The notes: generated by a model from the letters alone, not told the origin. Shown: positions 36,709 to 45,218, numbered from the stretch's first letter. The stretch is 51,217 bases of DNA from an uncultured Spirochaetia bacterium (GCA_964389705.1 CAYMEO010000005.1:1-51217); one strand, 5' to 3'. Program-made: numbers and translations.

Positions 36709-38028
36709 TTAAAGATCGCCGACTTTGAATTCATTTAAGCGTGATTGGGTAGTCCATTTTAACATTGGTCTCACAATACCCCCCATATCTCCGGCATAAT
36801 CACCGCGTGCTGAATCTCCATCAAAATTGTCGATAACCTGAAAAGCAACTGCATCGCATTCATCAAATTGAGGGATAACAGGGTCAATCGTATCGAGACC
36901 AGCATGGACAAAAAACATTCCCTCAGAGAGTAGATTGCCGGGAATCCATACTGTGCTCACATATAAACCTTTCGGACGAGGTCGCCGCCGCCAAGTCGGG
37001 TCGAGATCGTGAGATACAAAGACAAGCACACCTTCTTCATTGTAAAAGGCAAAATGCGGCATAAGCGCATAACCAGGCTTGAGAACTTCATATTCCATCT
37101 CAACTCTGAGGGATTGCCTGATATCAACTGCGTCAATTATATGCCCCTCCTCTGACCTCACCCGTACAGCATGTAAACGAACGATTTCGCCTTGGGGCGA
37201 CTTATCACGGTCGGGCCATATTCGCTCGGCAGTCGTACTGATTCCTGAACTCAAGTACAAGCTGACAACTCGATGAGATGGTCCGTCTTCTAAGATTCTG
37301 CCCTCTTTAATGAGGATTGCTCTTTCACAAAGACGAGTAATAGCAGCCATACTGTGTGATACAAACAACACCGTCCGCCCTTCCTTAGCCACGTCACCCA
37401 TTTTTCCCAGGCACTTCTTCTGAAACGCGGCATCCCCTACTGCCAAGACTTCATCCACAATCAGAATCTCCGGCTCTAGGTGAGCCGCTACAGCAAAGGC
37501 CAGGCGTACGTACATGCCGCTAGAATAGTGTTTTACCGGTGTATCCAGGAATCTCTCAACCTCAGAGAAGGCTACGATCTCATCGAACCTGCGGTCAATC
37601 TCTGCCTTCTTCATACCGAGTACGGCGCCACTCAGATATATGTTTTCCTTTCCTGTTAGCTCAGAGTGGAAACCGATGCCGACTTCAAGGAGTGAACCTA
37701 CCCTGCCATAAATGTCGGCGTAACCCTCTGTTGGCTCGGTGATACGGGCGAGGATTTTGAGTAATGTGCTCTTACCAGCGCCGTTAGATCCAATGATGCC
37801 GACAACCTCACCACGCTTAACCTCGAATGAGACGTCTTTTAATGCCCAGATGATGCCATTGGGCTGCTCATTGCCGATTGCTGATTGCCCATTTACGAAT
37901 TGCGAAAGCCATCGGAAAGGGGTATACACCGCCTCGGATAATGCGTCGCGCAAGGCATTGTAGCGCTTGGGCTGTCCGATGCGGTATTGCTTACCCAGAT
38001 TTTCAGCACGAATAGCAATGTTGCCCAT
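36709..38028 (-). CDS. wzt: Polysaccharide ABC exporter ATP-binding subunit with C-terminal Wzt-C domain
   Basis: GSNGAGKS, YSSGMYVRLAF, IVDEVLAVGD, VSH, then a ~170-aa beta-rich C-terminal domain. Start set at 38028 (MGNIAIRAENLGK), since the track's 38220 overlaps wzm. Confidence 0.92.
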   Translation of the reverse strand: MGNIAIRAENLGKQYRIGQPKRYNALRDALSEAVYTPFRWLSQFVNGQSAIGNEQPNGIIWALKDVSFEVKRGEVVGIIGSNGAGKSTLLKILARITEPTEGYADIYGRVGSLLEVGIGFHSELTGKENIYLSGAVLGMKKAEIDRRFDEIVAFSEVERFLDTPVKHYSSGMYVRLAFAVAAHLEPEILIVDEVLAVGDAAFQKKCLGKMGDVAKEGRTVLFVSHSMAAITRLCERAILIKEGRILEDGPSHRVVSLYLSSGISTTAERIWPDRDKSPQGEIVRLHAVRVRSEEGHIIDAVDIRQSLRVEMEYEVLKPGYALMPHFAFYNEEGVLVFVSHDLDPTWRRRPRPKGLYVSTVWIPGNLLSEGMFFVHAGLDTIDPVIPQFDECDAVAFQVIDNFDGDSARGDYAGDMGGIVRPMLKWTTQSRLNEFKVGDL

Positions 38029-38033
38029 CGCCC

Positions 38034-38864
38034 TTACAGTATATCCGCAAATGTTCTCTCCATACGCCGAAAGTACAGAAGGCCCCCAACAAGGAGTACA
38101 GTGACTGCCAGTACCGAAACAGCCATTGGCATCCCTATCCCTCCGCCTTTGCCCAACAAGGCCCAGCGGAACCCTTCCACCACCCCAGCCATAGGGTTTA
38201 ACCCGTATAAAATACGCCATGCCTCAGGCACCAGGCTGCTGGGGTAGGCAACGGGTGTTACGAAGAGCCAGAACTGTGTCAGAAAAGGTATCGTGTAGTG
38301 CACGTCGCGGTACTGCACATTTAGGGCTGACAGCCATAAGCCCACAGCCAGAGCCGTAGCAATAGCAAACAGTATGATAAATGGCAGCGCCAGAGCAGCC
38401 GTTGTTGGAACAACGCCGTAGTAGAACATCATACCAAGCAAAACCAAGAATGATATACCGAAATCGACTAACCCAGCCAGTACTGCCGATATGGGAATGA
38501 CCAGGCGCGGGAAATAAACCTTTGTTATAAGTCCCTGGTTCGACACCAGACTGTTTCCAGATGTAGTTAATGCATTGGTAAAGAGCTGCCACGGGAGAAG
38601 CGCACAGTATGCAAAAATCGGATACGGAATTCCATCGGATGGTACCTTAGCCAACTTTCCAAAGAAGATGCTGAATACAACCATTGTCATAAAAGGCTGC
38701 AGAATTGCCCATGTAACACCGAGTACTGTTTGTTTGTAGCGCACCTTCATATCGCGCCAGACTAGGAAATATAGGAGCTCACGGTATTCCCACAGGTCTT
38801 TGAGCCTGAGTGATACCCAACCACGCGATGGGCGAATAGTCAAATGAGGCACTGTCTCAAGCAC
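38034..38864 (-). CDS. wzm: Polysaccharide ABC-2 exporter permease
   Basis: RDMKVRYKQTVLG, LITKVYFPR, TPVAYP, LNPMAGVVEGFR. Confidence 0.92.
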   Translation of the reverse strand: MLETVPHLTIRPSRGWVSLRLKDLWEYRELLYFLVWRDMKVRYKQTVLGVTWAILQPFMTMVVFSIFFGKLAKVPSDGIPYPIFAYCALLPWQLFTNALTTSGNSLVSNQGLITKVYFPRLVIPISAVLAGLVDFGISFLVLLGMMFYYGVVPTTAALALPFIILFAIATALAVGLWLSALNVQYRDVHYTIPFLTQFWLFVTPVAYPSSLVPEAWRILYGLNPMAGVVEGFRWALLGKGGGIGMPMAVSVLAVTVLLVGGLLYFRRMERTFADIL

Positions 38865-39070
38865 GGCTGCTTCCTTCCGAATATATAAATTCAGGGATTC
38901 AAATCTACAAGATATCAGTCCTTATCTTTACAGATAACTCTCGCTTGATTAGAGATATTTTGCCTAATCTAATAGGCTTTAACTAATGGTTTTGGTCTTT
39001 CAATATTTTATATAGCTCCGCCTTCTAACTTACAGACAAAGTAATATACTACTTGTCAAATAGAAAAAAA

Positions 39071-39140
39071 TCAGACTTTGGTTTGATTTTTTGAATGAAA
39101 AAGGTACTAAAGCCAGAGAAAATATTAAGACTTTAGATTA
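39071..39140. promoter_or_regulatory. Three degenerate GACT-WW-AGTC boxes upstream of wzm
   Basis: TCAGACTTTGGTTTGA (39071), TACTAAAGCC (39105) and AGACTTTAGATT (39128); a TTGACA lies on the minus strand at 39059-39054. Confidence 0.45.
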
Positions 39141-39239
39141 AGCAAATTTCAGAATTTTGCTTCTAAATTCGCTACGAATGCGGATTTGAAGCTTTCTAAC
39201 CAACTGCAATAATGCAATTAAAAGAATGGAAAACAATAC

Positions 39240-39944
39240 CTAACCGCTCAACTCAACCGAAGGACAGAGATGATTGATTTTACATTTTGGGCACAGGGGC
39301 TTTCTTGCCCGACATATCAGACGCCCATGGTCGCTAAGGGCATTGGAGAAGTATGTCCACTCATGCTCGGGAACTAAATTCATAAGGTCGGCTTCGATTT
39401 TATCCGGGTCGGACTCATAGGAGAGTTCAAGCCTTCTAGCAACCCTCTTTACATGAGTATCTACAATTATTCCCGGAATCCCAAAGGCGTTGCCCAAAAC
39501 GACATTTGCTGTTTTCCTTCCCACTCCGTCAAGCCGAATTAGCTCTTCCATTGATTTAGGAACCTCGCCGCCATAATTCTCAACAAGGGATTTACAACAG
39601 CCTATTATCGCCTTTGCCTTATTTCTAAAAAACCCAGTAGAGCGAATATCGTTTTCCAACTCTTCTTGATTCGCAGAGGCGTAATCTTTAGCCGTTTTGT
39701 ACTTTTTAAAAAGCTCCCTCGTCACCCGATTGACCCTTTCATCTGTGCACTGGGCGGAGAGAATCGTTGCAATGAGAAGCTCCAATGGATTTTGGTAATT
39801 AAGATGACATTTAGAATTTGGATATTGCTCATGAAGGATTGATATTATGCCTTCTAATCTTTTCTTTTTGGTATCTAAGCTTTCATCTTGAGAAAACGCT
39901 TTTTCCTTTTTCAGTATATTCAACCCCTTACTATATAGCCACAA
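39240..39944 (-). CDS. nth: Endonuclease III
   Basis: LSAQCTDERVN, HhH LDGVGRKTANV, VDTHVKRV and the 4Fe-4S motif CRARKPLCPKCKINHLC. Exact start uncertain. Confidence 0.95.
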   Translation of the reverse strand: MWLYSKGLNILKKEKAFSQDESLDTKKKRLEGIISILHEQYPNSKCHLNYQNPLELLIATILSAQCTDERVNRVTRELFKKYKTAKDYASANQEELENDIRSTGFFRNKAKAIIGCCKSLVENYGGEVPKSMEELIRLDGVGRKTANVVLGNAFGIPGIIVDTHVKRVARRLELSYESDPDKIEADLMNLVPEHEWTYFSNALSDHGRLICRARKPLCPKCKINHLCPSVELSG

Positions 39945-40010
39945 ATGACATAAATCTGAGAGTATGGAGAAATCTTATAAATCCTGCGCTCTCTATGGCT
40001 ATGATAAGCT

Positions 40011-40043
40011 AAAAAGGGGATATGCCTCAAACATATCCCCTTT
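40011..40043 (-). terminator. Intrinsic terminator downstream of the ferredoxin
   Basis: 12-bp stem AAAGGGGATATG/CATATCCCCTTT with a 7-nt loop; on the minus strand the 3' arm ends in UUUUU. Confidence 0.75.
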
Positions 40044-40118
40044 GCTAATTTCTAATGAGACGATTTTAGATCTAATATAATGTTCCATCAAATACCGGGA
40101 CGGTTGAAATCTATTAGG

Positions 40119-40388
40119 TTATCCTTTGCGTTGTGCCGGAGTAAGACCGCTTTTACCTACAAAGAAGTTCTTATTCTTCTCTATAAAGCTCTTCCATTTA
40201 TCCGGAAGTTCGTCCTCGTGATATATAGCATCTACAGGACAGGGATCAACACATGCACCGCAGTCTATACACTCATCCGGATGGATGAAAAGCTGATCTT
40301 CACCCTCGTAAATACAATCCACAGGACAAGCATCAACACAAGCCCTATCCTTAACACCGATACAGGGTTCTGCAATAATGTATGCCAT
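40119..40388 (-). CDS. Dicluster ferredoxin, probably 7Fe ([3Fe-4S]+[4Fe-4S]) type
   Basis: C-x7-C-x3-CP (second Cys of the first motif replaced by Val) and CxxCxxCxxxCP. Confidence 0.88.
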   Translation of the reverse strand: MAYIIAEPCIGVKDRACVDACPVDCIYEGEDQLFIHPDECIDCGACVDPCPVDAIYHEDELPDKWKSFIEKNKNFFVGKSGLTPAQRKG

Positions 40389-40587
40389 ATTTTTACCTCC
40401 TTAAAACTTAAAGCTACTATACCAAACTAGCGGTGAACATGCAAGTCTCATAGTCTGATAAACTAATAGCCATTACAACTTTAGGAGGACCGATTTTAGG
40501 CAAACACACTAATAATTCGATACCGAAGATAAGATCCACCACTGTATTATATTTGAATAATAGTGGGGCATGGCAATGGGCCTATAA

Positions 40588-41223
40588 TTATTTGGCCTTT
40601 TGACTCGCCTTCTGGATCAGGGGCTGCAGTTTGTCGGCTAGATGGGGAGCAAGCCTTATTGCCTCATTAAATTCCTCTATAGCCCTTCTGTAGCACTCCT
40701 TAGCCCCCTTGAAATCACTCGTCGCCCCTACACCGGCCGGATGTTCAACCTTTATCTCCTTGCCCATGCCTATTGTGTAATAGGCATTTCCCATCGCGGC
40801 ATGTGCTTCTGCTGAATAGGGATCTATCCGTAGAGCCTCCTCTAACTGGCGCATTGCACCTTCATAAAAACCACTCTTTACGTAAAGTTCGCCCAGTCGG
40901 ATGTGTGCATCAATATAATCCGGGTCTATCTTTATTGCCGCCTGATAATTATTCATCGCCTCTTCTATAGATTCAAAATCCTCGTTGTCCTGTGCTCTAC
41001 TTTCATAAATCCTTCCCAGATAATAATATGCCTCTTTGTGTCCCGGGTTTAGTCTGAGGAGTTTTCTAAATTCATCTTCAGCCCTTCCATAATCCCCGCT
41101 ATCATAAAATTGAGTGCCAGAGTTGAAAAGAGTGATAGTATCACCAACCTCCCGAAGTTCCAAAGGCCCTTTTGTTTCTCCTTCTTTCCTCTTCCCAAAT
41201 ATAGAATCAAGTATGCCCAACAA
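40588..41223 (-). CDS. Tetratricopeptide-repeat protein
   Basis: Repeated TPR patterns (AYYYLGRIY, AHIRLGELY, AHAAMGNAY). Confidence 0.8.
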   Translation of the reverse strand: MLGILDSIFGKRKEGETKGPLELREVGDTITLFNSGTQFYDSGDYGRAEDEFRKLLRLNPGHKEAYYYLGRIYESRAQDNEDFESIEEAMNNYQAAIKIDPDYIDAHIRLGELYVKSGFYEGAMRQLEEALRIDPYSAEAHAAMGNAYYTIGMGKEIKVEHPAGVGATSDFKGAKECYRRAIEEFNEAIRLAPHLADKLQPLIQKASQKAK

Positions 41224-41268
41224 TTAACCCCTGCATGCCGGTGTTTTATCTTGTAAAATGCATATCCC

Positions 41269-41685
41269 TCATTTAGACCCCTTCCCGGATTGAGATTTTG
41301 GTTCTGGTGTCTGAACTAACCCCTGTCCCATATTCGGACTCGGGGAGCTTTGCGATATAGGAGGGATTGATGATTGGTTCTTCTTAGGAGGAACCACCAA
41401 CTCCTGATTAGTCGGTGGTCCAGATTCTTCTATTACCGAAGACCTTATGCCCTTTGCAGAGAAATATCCGAGTGAGAGCGATGTGACTATAAAGACAACG
41501 GCGAGAACCCGTGTGACCTTAGTAAGAAATGGAACCGCACCGCTTGCTCCAAAGATCGATTGACTTGACCCTCCAAATATAGTTCCCAGGTCGTCGCCCT
41601 TCCCAGGCTGAAGGAGAACCGTAATGATAAGAAGGATACTTACGATGATATGAATCGCCTTTATGGCTATTATGATTATGCCCAA
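41269..41685 (-). CDS. secG: Preprotein translocase subunit SecG
   Basis: VLLQPGKGDDLG..FGGSSQSIFG..G...FLTKVT; TTG start; position after tpiA. Confidence 0.9.
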   Translation of the reverse strand: MGIIIIAIKAIHIIVSILLIITVLLQPGKGDDLGTIFGGSSQSIFGASGAVPFLTKVTRVLAVVFIVTSLSLGYFSAKGIRSSVIEESGPPTNQELVVPPKKNQSSIPPISQSSPSPNMGQGLVQTPEPKSQSGKGSK

Positions 41686-41690
41686 TTGAC

Positions 41691-42443
41691 CTATTCTCCT
41701 GCTAACTGAACTATTTTTGTGAAAGAGTCGGCTTCGAGGCTTGCTCCACCTACCAATGCGCCGTCTATATCGGGAGGGGAAAGTAGATCTTTTATATTCG
41801 CCGGGGTTACACTTCCACCATATAGAATCCTCACACCATCTGCGACTCTACCAAAGTTACTCTTCAGCCTCTCTCGAATGAACCCATGAACCTCCTCGGC
41901 TTCTTCTGGCGTGGCATTTCTTCCGGTCCCAATTGCCCATACAGGCTCATAGGCAATTGTGATTTTATCGGGGTTATCTAGACTCAGGCCTCTAAGACCG
42001 TTTTCTATCTGGCTCTCTATCACCCTCATCGTCTTTCGATTTTCCCTCTCTTCAAGGGTCTCGCCCACACACAATATCGGAATAAGCCCCGAACTGAGCG
42101 AGGCCATGACCTTTTTGCATACCATATCGTCGGTCTCACCCAATATGCCTCTCCTTTCCGAATGTCCAATAATTACCCACCTACAGCCAACGTCAATAAG
42201 CATATACGGAGAAATCTCACCTGTAAATGCTCCTGAGTTCTCCCAGAAGACATCCTGAGCGCCGAGGTCTATGTCGGTGCCCCGAATTATCCTATATACA
42301 GCATCGAGTGATGTATATGGGGGGGCTATTACAACGTCTACGCCACTCGAACTGATAGTCTCACAGAGCCTTCGGGCAAGATCTGTCGCCTCTTGCCTCA
42401 ACATATTCATCTTCCAATTTCCAACAATAAGCCTTTTTCTCAT
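41691..42443 (-). CDS. tpiA: Triosephosphate isomerase
   Basis: GNWKMN, GHSERR, AYEPVWAIGTG, YGGSV and LVGGASL all intact. Confidence 0.97.
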   Translation of the reverse strand: MRKRLIVGNWKMNMLRQEATDLARRLCETISSSGVDVVIAPPYTSLDAVYRIIRGTDIDLGAQDVFWENSGAFTGEISPYMLIDVGCRWVIIGHSERRGILGETDDMVCKKVMASLSSGLIPILCVGETLEERENRKTMRVIESQIENGLRGLSLDNPDKITIAYEPVWAIGTGRNATPEEAEEVHGFIRERLKSNFGRVADGVRILYGGSVTPANIKDLLSPPDIDGALVGGASLEADSFTKIVQLAGE

Positions 42444-43636
42444 TTAAACCTCTTCTCCAGGGCCTCAAGTGCAGGGAGCCTCCTTTCTCCAACAAATTCG
42501 AGACTTGCCCTACCACCTGTAGAGAGATAAGTAATTCCCGATGAATAGCCCGTTTTTTTAATCGCCAAAACGGTATCCCATCCTGAGGCCACACTAAAAG
42601 CACCCGATGCTGCTACGGCTTCAGCCACTGCCTTTGTTCCCTCTATAAAATCCTCGTTCTCGTAAATGCCAAGAGGCCCATTCCAAAATATGGTCTTTGC
42701 CCTTGCGAGCCTCAGAGCAAAATCATCCCGCGTTTTTGGTCCAATGTCTACTGCCATTCCATCCTTAGAAAATACCCCGGCAGGGGTCGCAAATGGAGCA
42801 GAGTAGTTGCTTAAATCACCCCTTATGGCTATAAAGTCCTGAGGAAGAACTACTCTAACGCCTCGCGCTCTCGCAGAGGAAATAAATCTTGACGCGCTGT
42901 ATAAAGCAATATCATCTACAACAGATTTTCCTATCTCTTTCCCAAGAGCCTTGAGGAAGATATTAGATACCGCTCCTCCGACTAGAATTGCATCTACCTT
43001 GTCTAGGAGTCTCTCCATAATCGGAATCTTCTCTTCTGCACTCCGACCACCAAATATAGCTATAAAGGGATATTGAGGATTTTCAATAAGCGGTGTTAGA
43101 TTTTTAATCTCATTTTTAAAACCAAGCCCTACACACGCTGTCTCAATAAAATCCAATATGCCAACAACCGATGCATGAGACCTGTGAGAGACAGAAAACG
43201 CCTCATTTACATAAACATCGGCTACCTGGGCAAGTCTCTTTGCAAACTTAGGGTCGTTTTCTTCCTCCCCCTTATGAAACCTCAGATTCTCAAGAAGCAT
43301 AATACCGCCCGGAGCAAGGTCTCCTGCGATCTTCTTTACCACATCCCCTATGCAATCTTCAGGGAAGAATATCTCACGCTTGAGAATCTCTGAGAGCCTC
43401 CTGCCCACAGGCTCAAGGGTGAGTTTGGGCCTCGGTTTCCCACCGGGCCTTCCAAGATGGGAGGCAATTATCACTCTTGCCCTTCCTCTAGACGCATATT
43501 CAATCGTATGTAGAGCAGCAAATATTTTTGTATCGTCTGCAACTTGGCCACTGACAATTGGGACATTGAAGTCAACCCTTATAAAGACCCTTTTTTCTTT
43601 TATATCCAATTCGTCTATGGAAATTAAATTCATCAC
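42440..43636 (-). CDS. pgk: Phosphoglycerate kinase homologue with degenerate nucleotide-site motifs
   Basis: RVDFNVP, SHLGRP, LLENLRF and WNGP present, but DxTRI->DDTKI, GGAK->GGRS, GGGM->GGAV, GGGD->SGWD and STGGGA->STGGRA (four of the five re-read from the DNA; GGAV taken from the ORF track). Confidence 0.85.
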   Translation of the reverse strand: MMNLISIDELDIKEKRVFIRVDFNVPIVSGQVADDTKIFAALHTIEYASRGRARVIIASHLGRPGGKPRPKLTLEPVGRRLSEILKREIFFPEDCIGDVVKKIAGDLAPGGIMLLENLRFHKGEEENDPKFAKRLAQVADVYVNEAFSVSHRSHASVVGILDFIETACVGLGFKNEIKNLTPLIENPQYPFIAIFGGRSAEEKIPIMERLLDKVDAILVGGAVSNIFLKALGKEIGKSVVDDIALYSASRFISSARARGVRVVLPQDFIAIRGDLSNYSAPFATPAGVFSKDGMAVDIGPKTRDDFALRLARAKTIFWNGPLGIYENEDFIEGTKAVAEAVAASGAFSVASGWDTVLAIKKTGYSSGITYLSTGGRASLEFVGERRLPALEALEKRFK

Positions 43637-43639
43637 TTC

Positions 43640-44782
43640 TTATATTTTATCCTTAACGTATTTCCCCAATCTCCTGATTCCCTCATCTATGTTCTCAAGG
43701 GATGTTGTGTAAGAGAATCTAAGGTACCCCTCGCCTCCGTATCCAAAATCAATCCCAGGGGTTACAGCAACAAGGGATTTCTCAAGTATGTCAAATGCAA
43801 GTTCATAAGATTTATCGCCTAATTTCCTTGAATTGACAAAAACATAGAATGCCCCTTTAGGCTCGCAATTAATCTCAAACCCCAAGTCTTTAAGTCCCTC
43901 GATCATTTTCATTCTTCTTTGATTAAATATCTGAACCATCTCTTTTGCCATTGATTTAGCACCCTTGAGCGCCGCAACTCCAGCCCTCTGCACAAATGAA
44001 TTTGGTGATATAAAGAGGTTTTGCTGTATCTTCTGAATAGGACGAATAAAATCAGTAGGGGCAATAAGATACCCGAGTCTCCATCCAGTCATTGAGTAGA
44101 GCTTAGAGAATCCATTAACCGAAAATGCTCTATCCGTAAATTCATAAATCGTATGTGCATCTCCCTCATAAACAAGCCCATGATATATCTCATCAGAGAT
44201 CACGTAAACACCGAGTTCAGATATTTCATTCATTACACGAGGCTCAAGAACCACTCCTGTAGGATTTGATGGAGAGTTTATTACAATTGCCTTTGTCCTC
44301 TGTGAGATTGCCCTTTTAATTCTATCTACGCTAATCTGAAAGCCTTCCTCTTCATATATTCTGACCCGCTTCGGTATACCGCCCGCTATTTTTATAATCT
44401 GGGGATAGCACGAATAGTGTGGGTCTGTAATTATAATCTCATCTCCCGGCTCAATAAGAGATACCATTGAGAGAAACAAAGCAGGAGAGCTACCAGATGT
44501 AACAATAACCCTATCGGGAGAAATATCTACCCCGTACTTTTCCTTGTAATCCTGAGCGATAGCGTATCTTAGCTCCGAAATTCCTAGGCTGTGTGTGTAT
44601 TTCGTATCCCCTTTTCTGATAGCATCTATAGCCTCATCGCATACAATAACTGCTGTGGGAATATCGGGCTCTCCAATTTCAAAATGAACCACGCTCTTGC
44701 CCTGAGACTCAATCTCTTTAGCGCGCTCCAAAACATCCATTACATAAAAAGGAGCCAATCCCTCAGAAAGCTTAGACGGCAT
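43640..44782 (-). CDS. PLP-dependent aminotransferase class I/II (AspC/AspB-like)
   Basis: GEPD, NSPSNPTG, SDEIY, GFSKLYSMTGWRLGY. Start set at ATG 44782. Confidence 0.92.
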   Translation of the reverse strand: MPSKLSEGLAPFYVMDVLERAKEIESQGKSVVHFEIGEPDIPTAVIVCDEAIDAIRKGDTKYTHSLGISELRYAIAQDYKEKYGVDISPDRVIVTSGSSPALFLSMVSLIEPGDEIIITDPHYSCYPQIIKIAGGIPKRVRIYEEEGFQISVDRIKRAISQRTKAIVINSPSNPTGVVLEPRVMNEISELGVYVISDEIYHGLVYEGDAHTIYEFTDRAFSVNGFSKLYSMTGWRLGYLIAPTDFIRPIQKIQQNLFISPNSFVQRAGVAALKGAKSMAKEMVQIFNQRRMKMIEGLKDLGFEINCEPKGAFYVFVNSRKLGDKSYELAFDILEKSLVAVTPGIDFGYGGEGYLRFSYTTSLENIDEGIRRLGKYVKDKI

Positions 44783-44832
44783 AATATTACTTATTCTAAG
44801 CAAAAAGGCCATGATTGTCTACTAAAATAGAC

Positions 44833-44892
44833 TTGACAGAGTAATAGGCAGCTATTATATTTATTCTATACCCCTCCCATATGGGATGGGAT
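44833..44892 (+). promoter_or_regulatory. csoR-copA promoter and CsoR-type operator
   Basis: TTGACA (44833)-N17-TATATT (44856-44861), then ATACCCC-TCCCATATGGGA-TGGGAT over the predicted start site; SD GAGGAGG at 44897. Confidence 0.75.
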
Positions 44893-44909
44893 AAAAGAGG
44901 AGGCAGTAA

Positions 44910-45182
44910 ATGGAAGATAACGAAAAGATAATTAAAAGACTAAAGAACATAGAGGGTCATATCCGTGGGATTCAAAAGATGATAGAAGAGGATAAATACT
45001 GCATAGATATTATAAAACAGACACTCGCCGTAAAGAGCGCGGTGGATAAGGTAAACGCCCTCATTCTTAAGCGCCACCTCGAGAGTTGTGTCACTACCGC
45101 CATAAGGTCAAACAAACAGACCGATAGAGAGCGCATAATATCTGAGCTTCTCGATGTTTTTGAGACATCGGGGAAGATCTGA
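44910..45182 (+). CDS. csoR: Copper-sensing repressor, CsoR/RicR family
   Basis: RLKNIEGHIRGIQKMI..KYC..I..Q..A...HLESC: Cys-His-Cys Cu(I) ligand set. Confidence 0.92.
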   Translation: MEDNEKIIKRLKNIEGHIRGIQKMIEEDKYCIDIIKQTLAVKSAVDKVNALILKRHLESCVTTAIRSNKQTDRERIISELLDVFETSGKI

Positions 45183-45190
45183 TTATTGAT

Positions 45191-45218
45191 GTAGAGGCAA
45201 TTCATGAATTGCCTCTCC
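45191..45218. repeat. GTAG-tagged REP-like palindrome
   Basis: GT-AGAGGCAATTCA|TGAATTGCCTCT-CC: perfect 24-bp palindrome (45193-45216) beginning with GTAG. Confidence 0.6.

Noticed and set aside
41224-41268. tRNA-Leu often found after secG; tRNA-like GGTTCGAAT at ~25831
   Set aside because: No cloverleaf after secG; the 25831 match lies inside a GT2 coding sequence.
42440-43636. Calling the PGK homologue a pseudogene
   Set aside because: Open, full-length frame with conserved N-domain motifs and tight coupling to tpiA; the losses are concentrated in nucleotide-site motifs, which argues for selection rather than decay.
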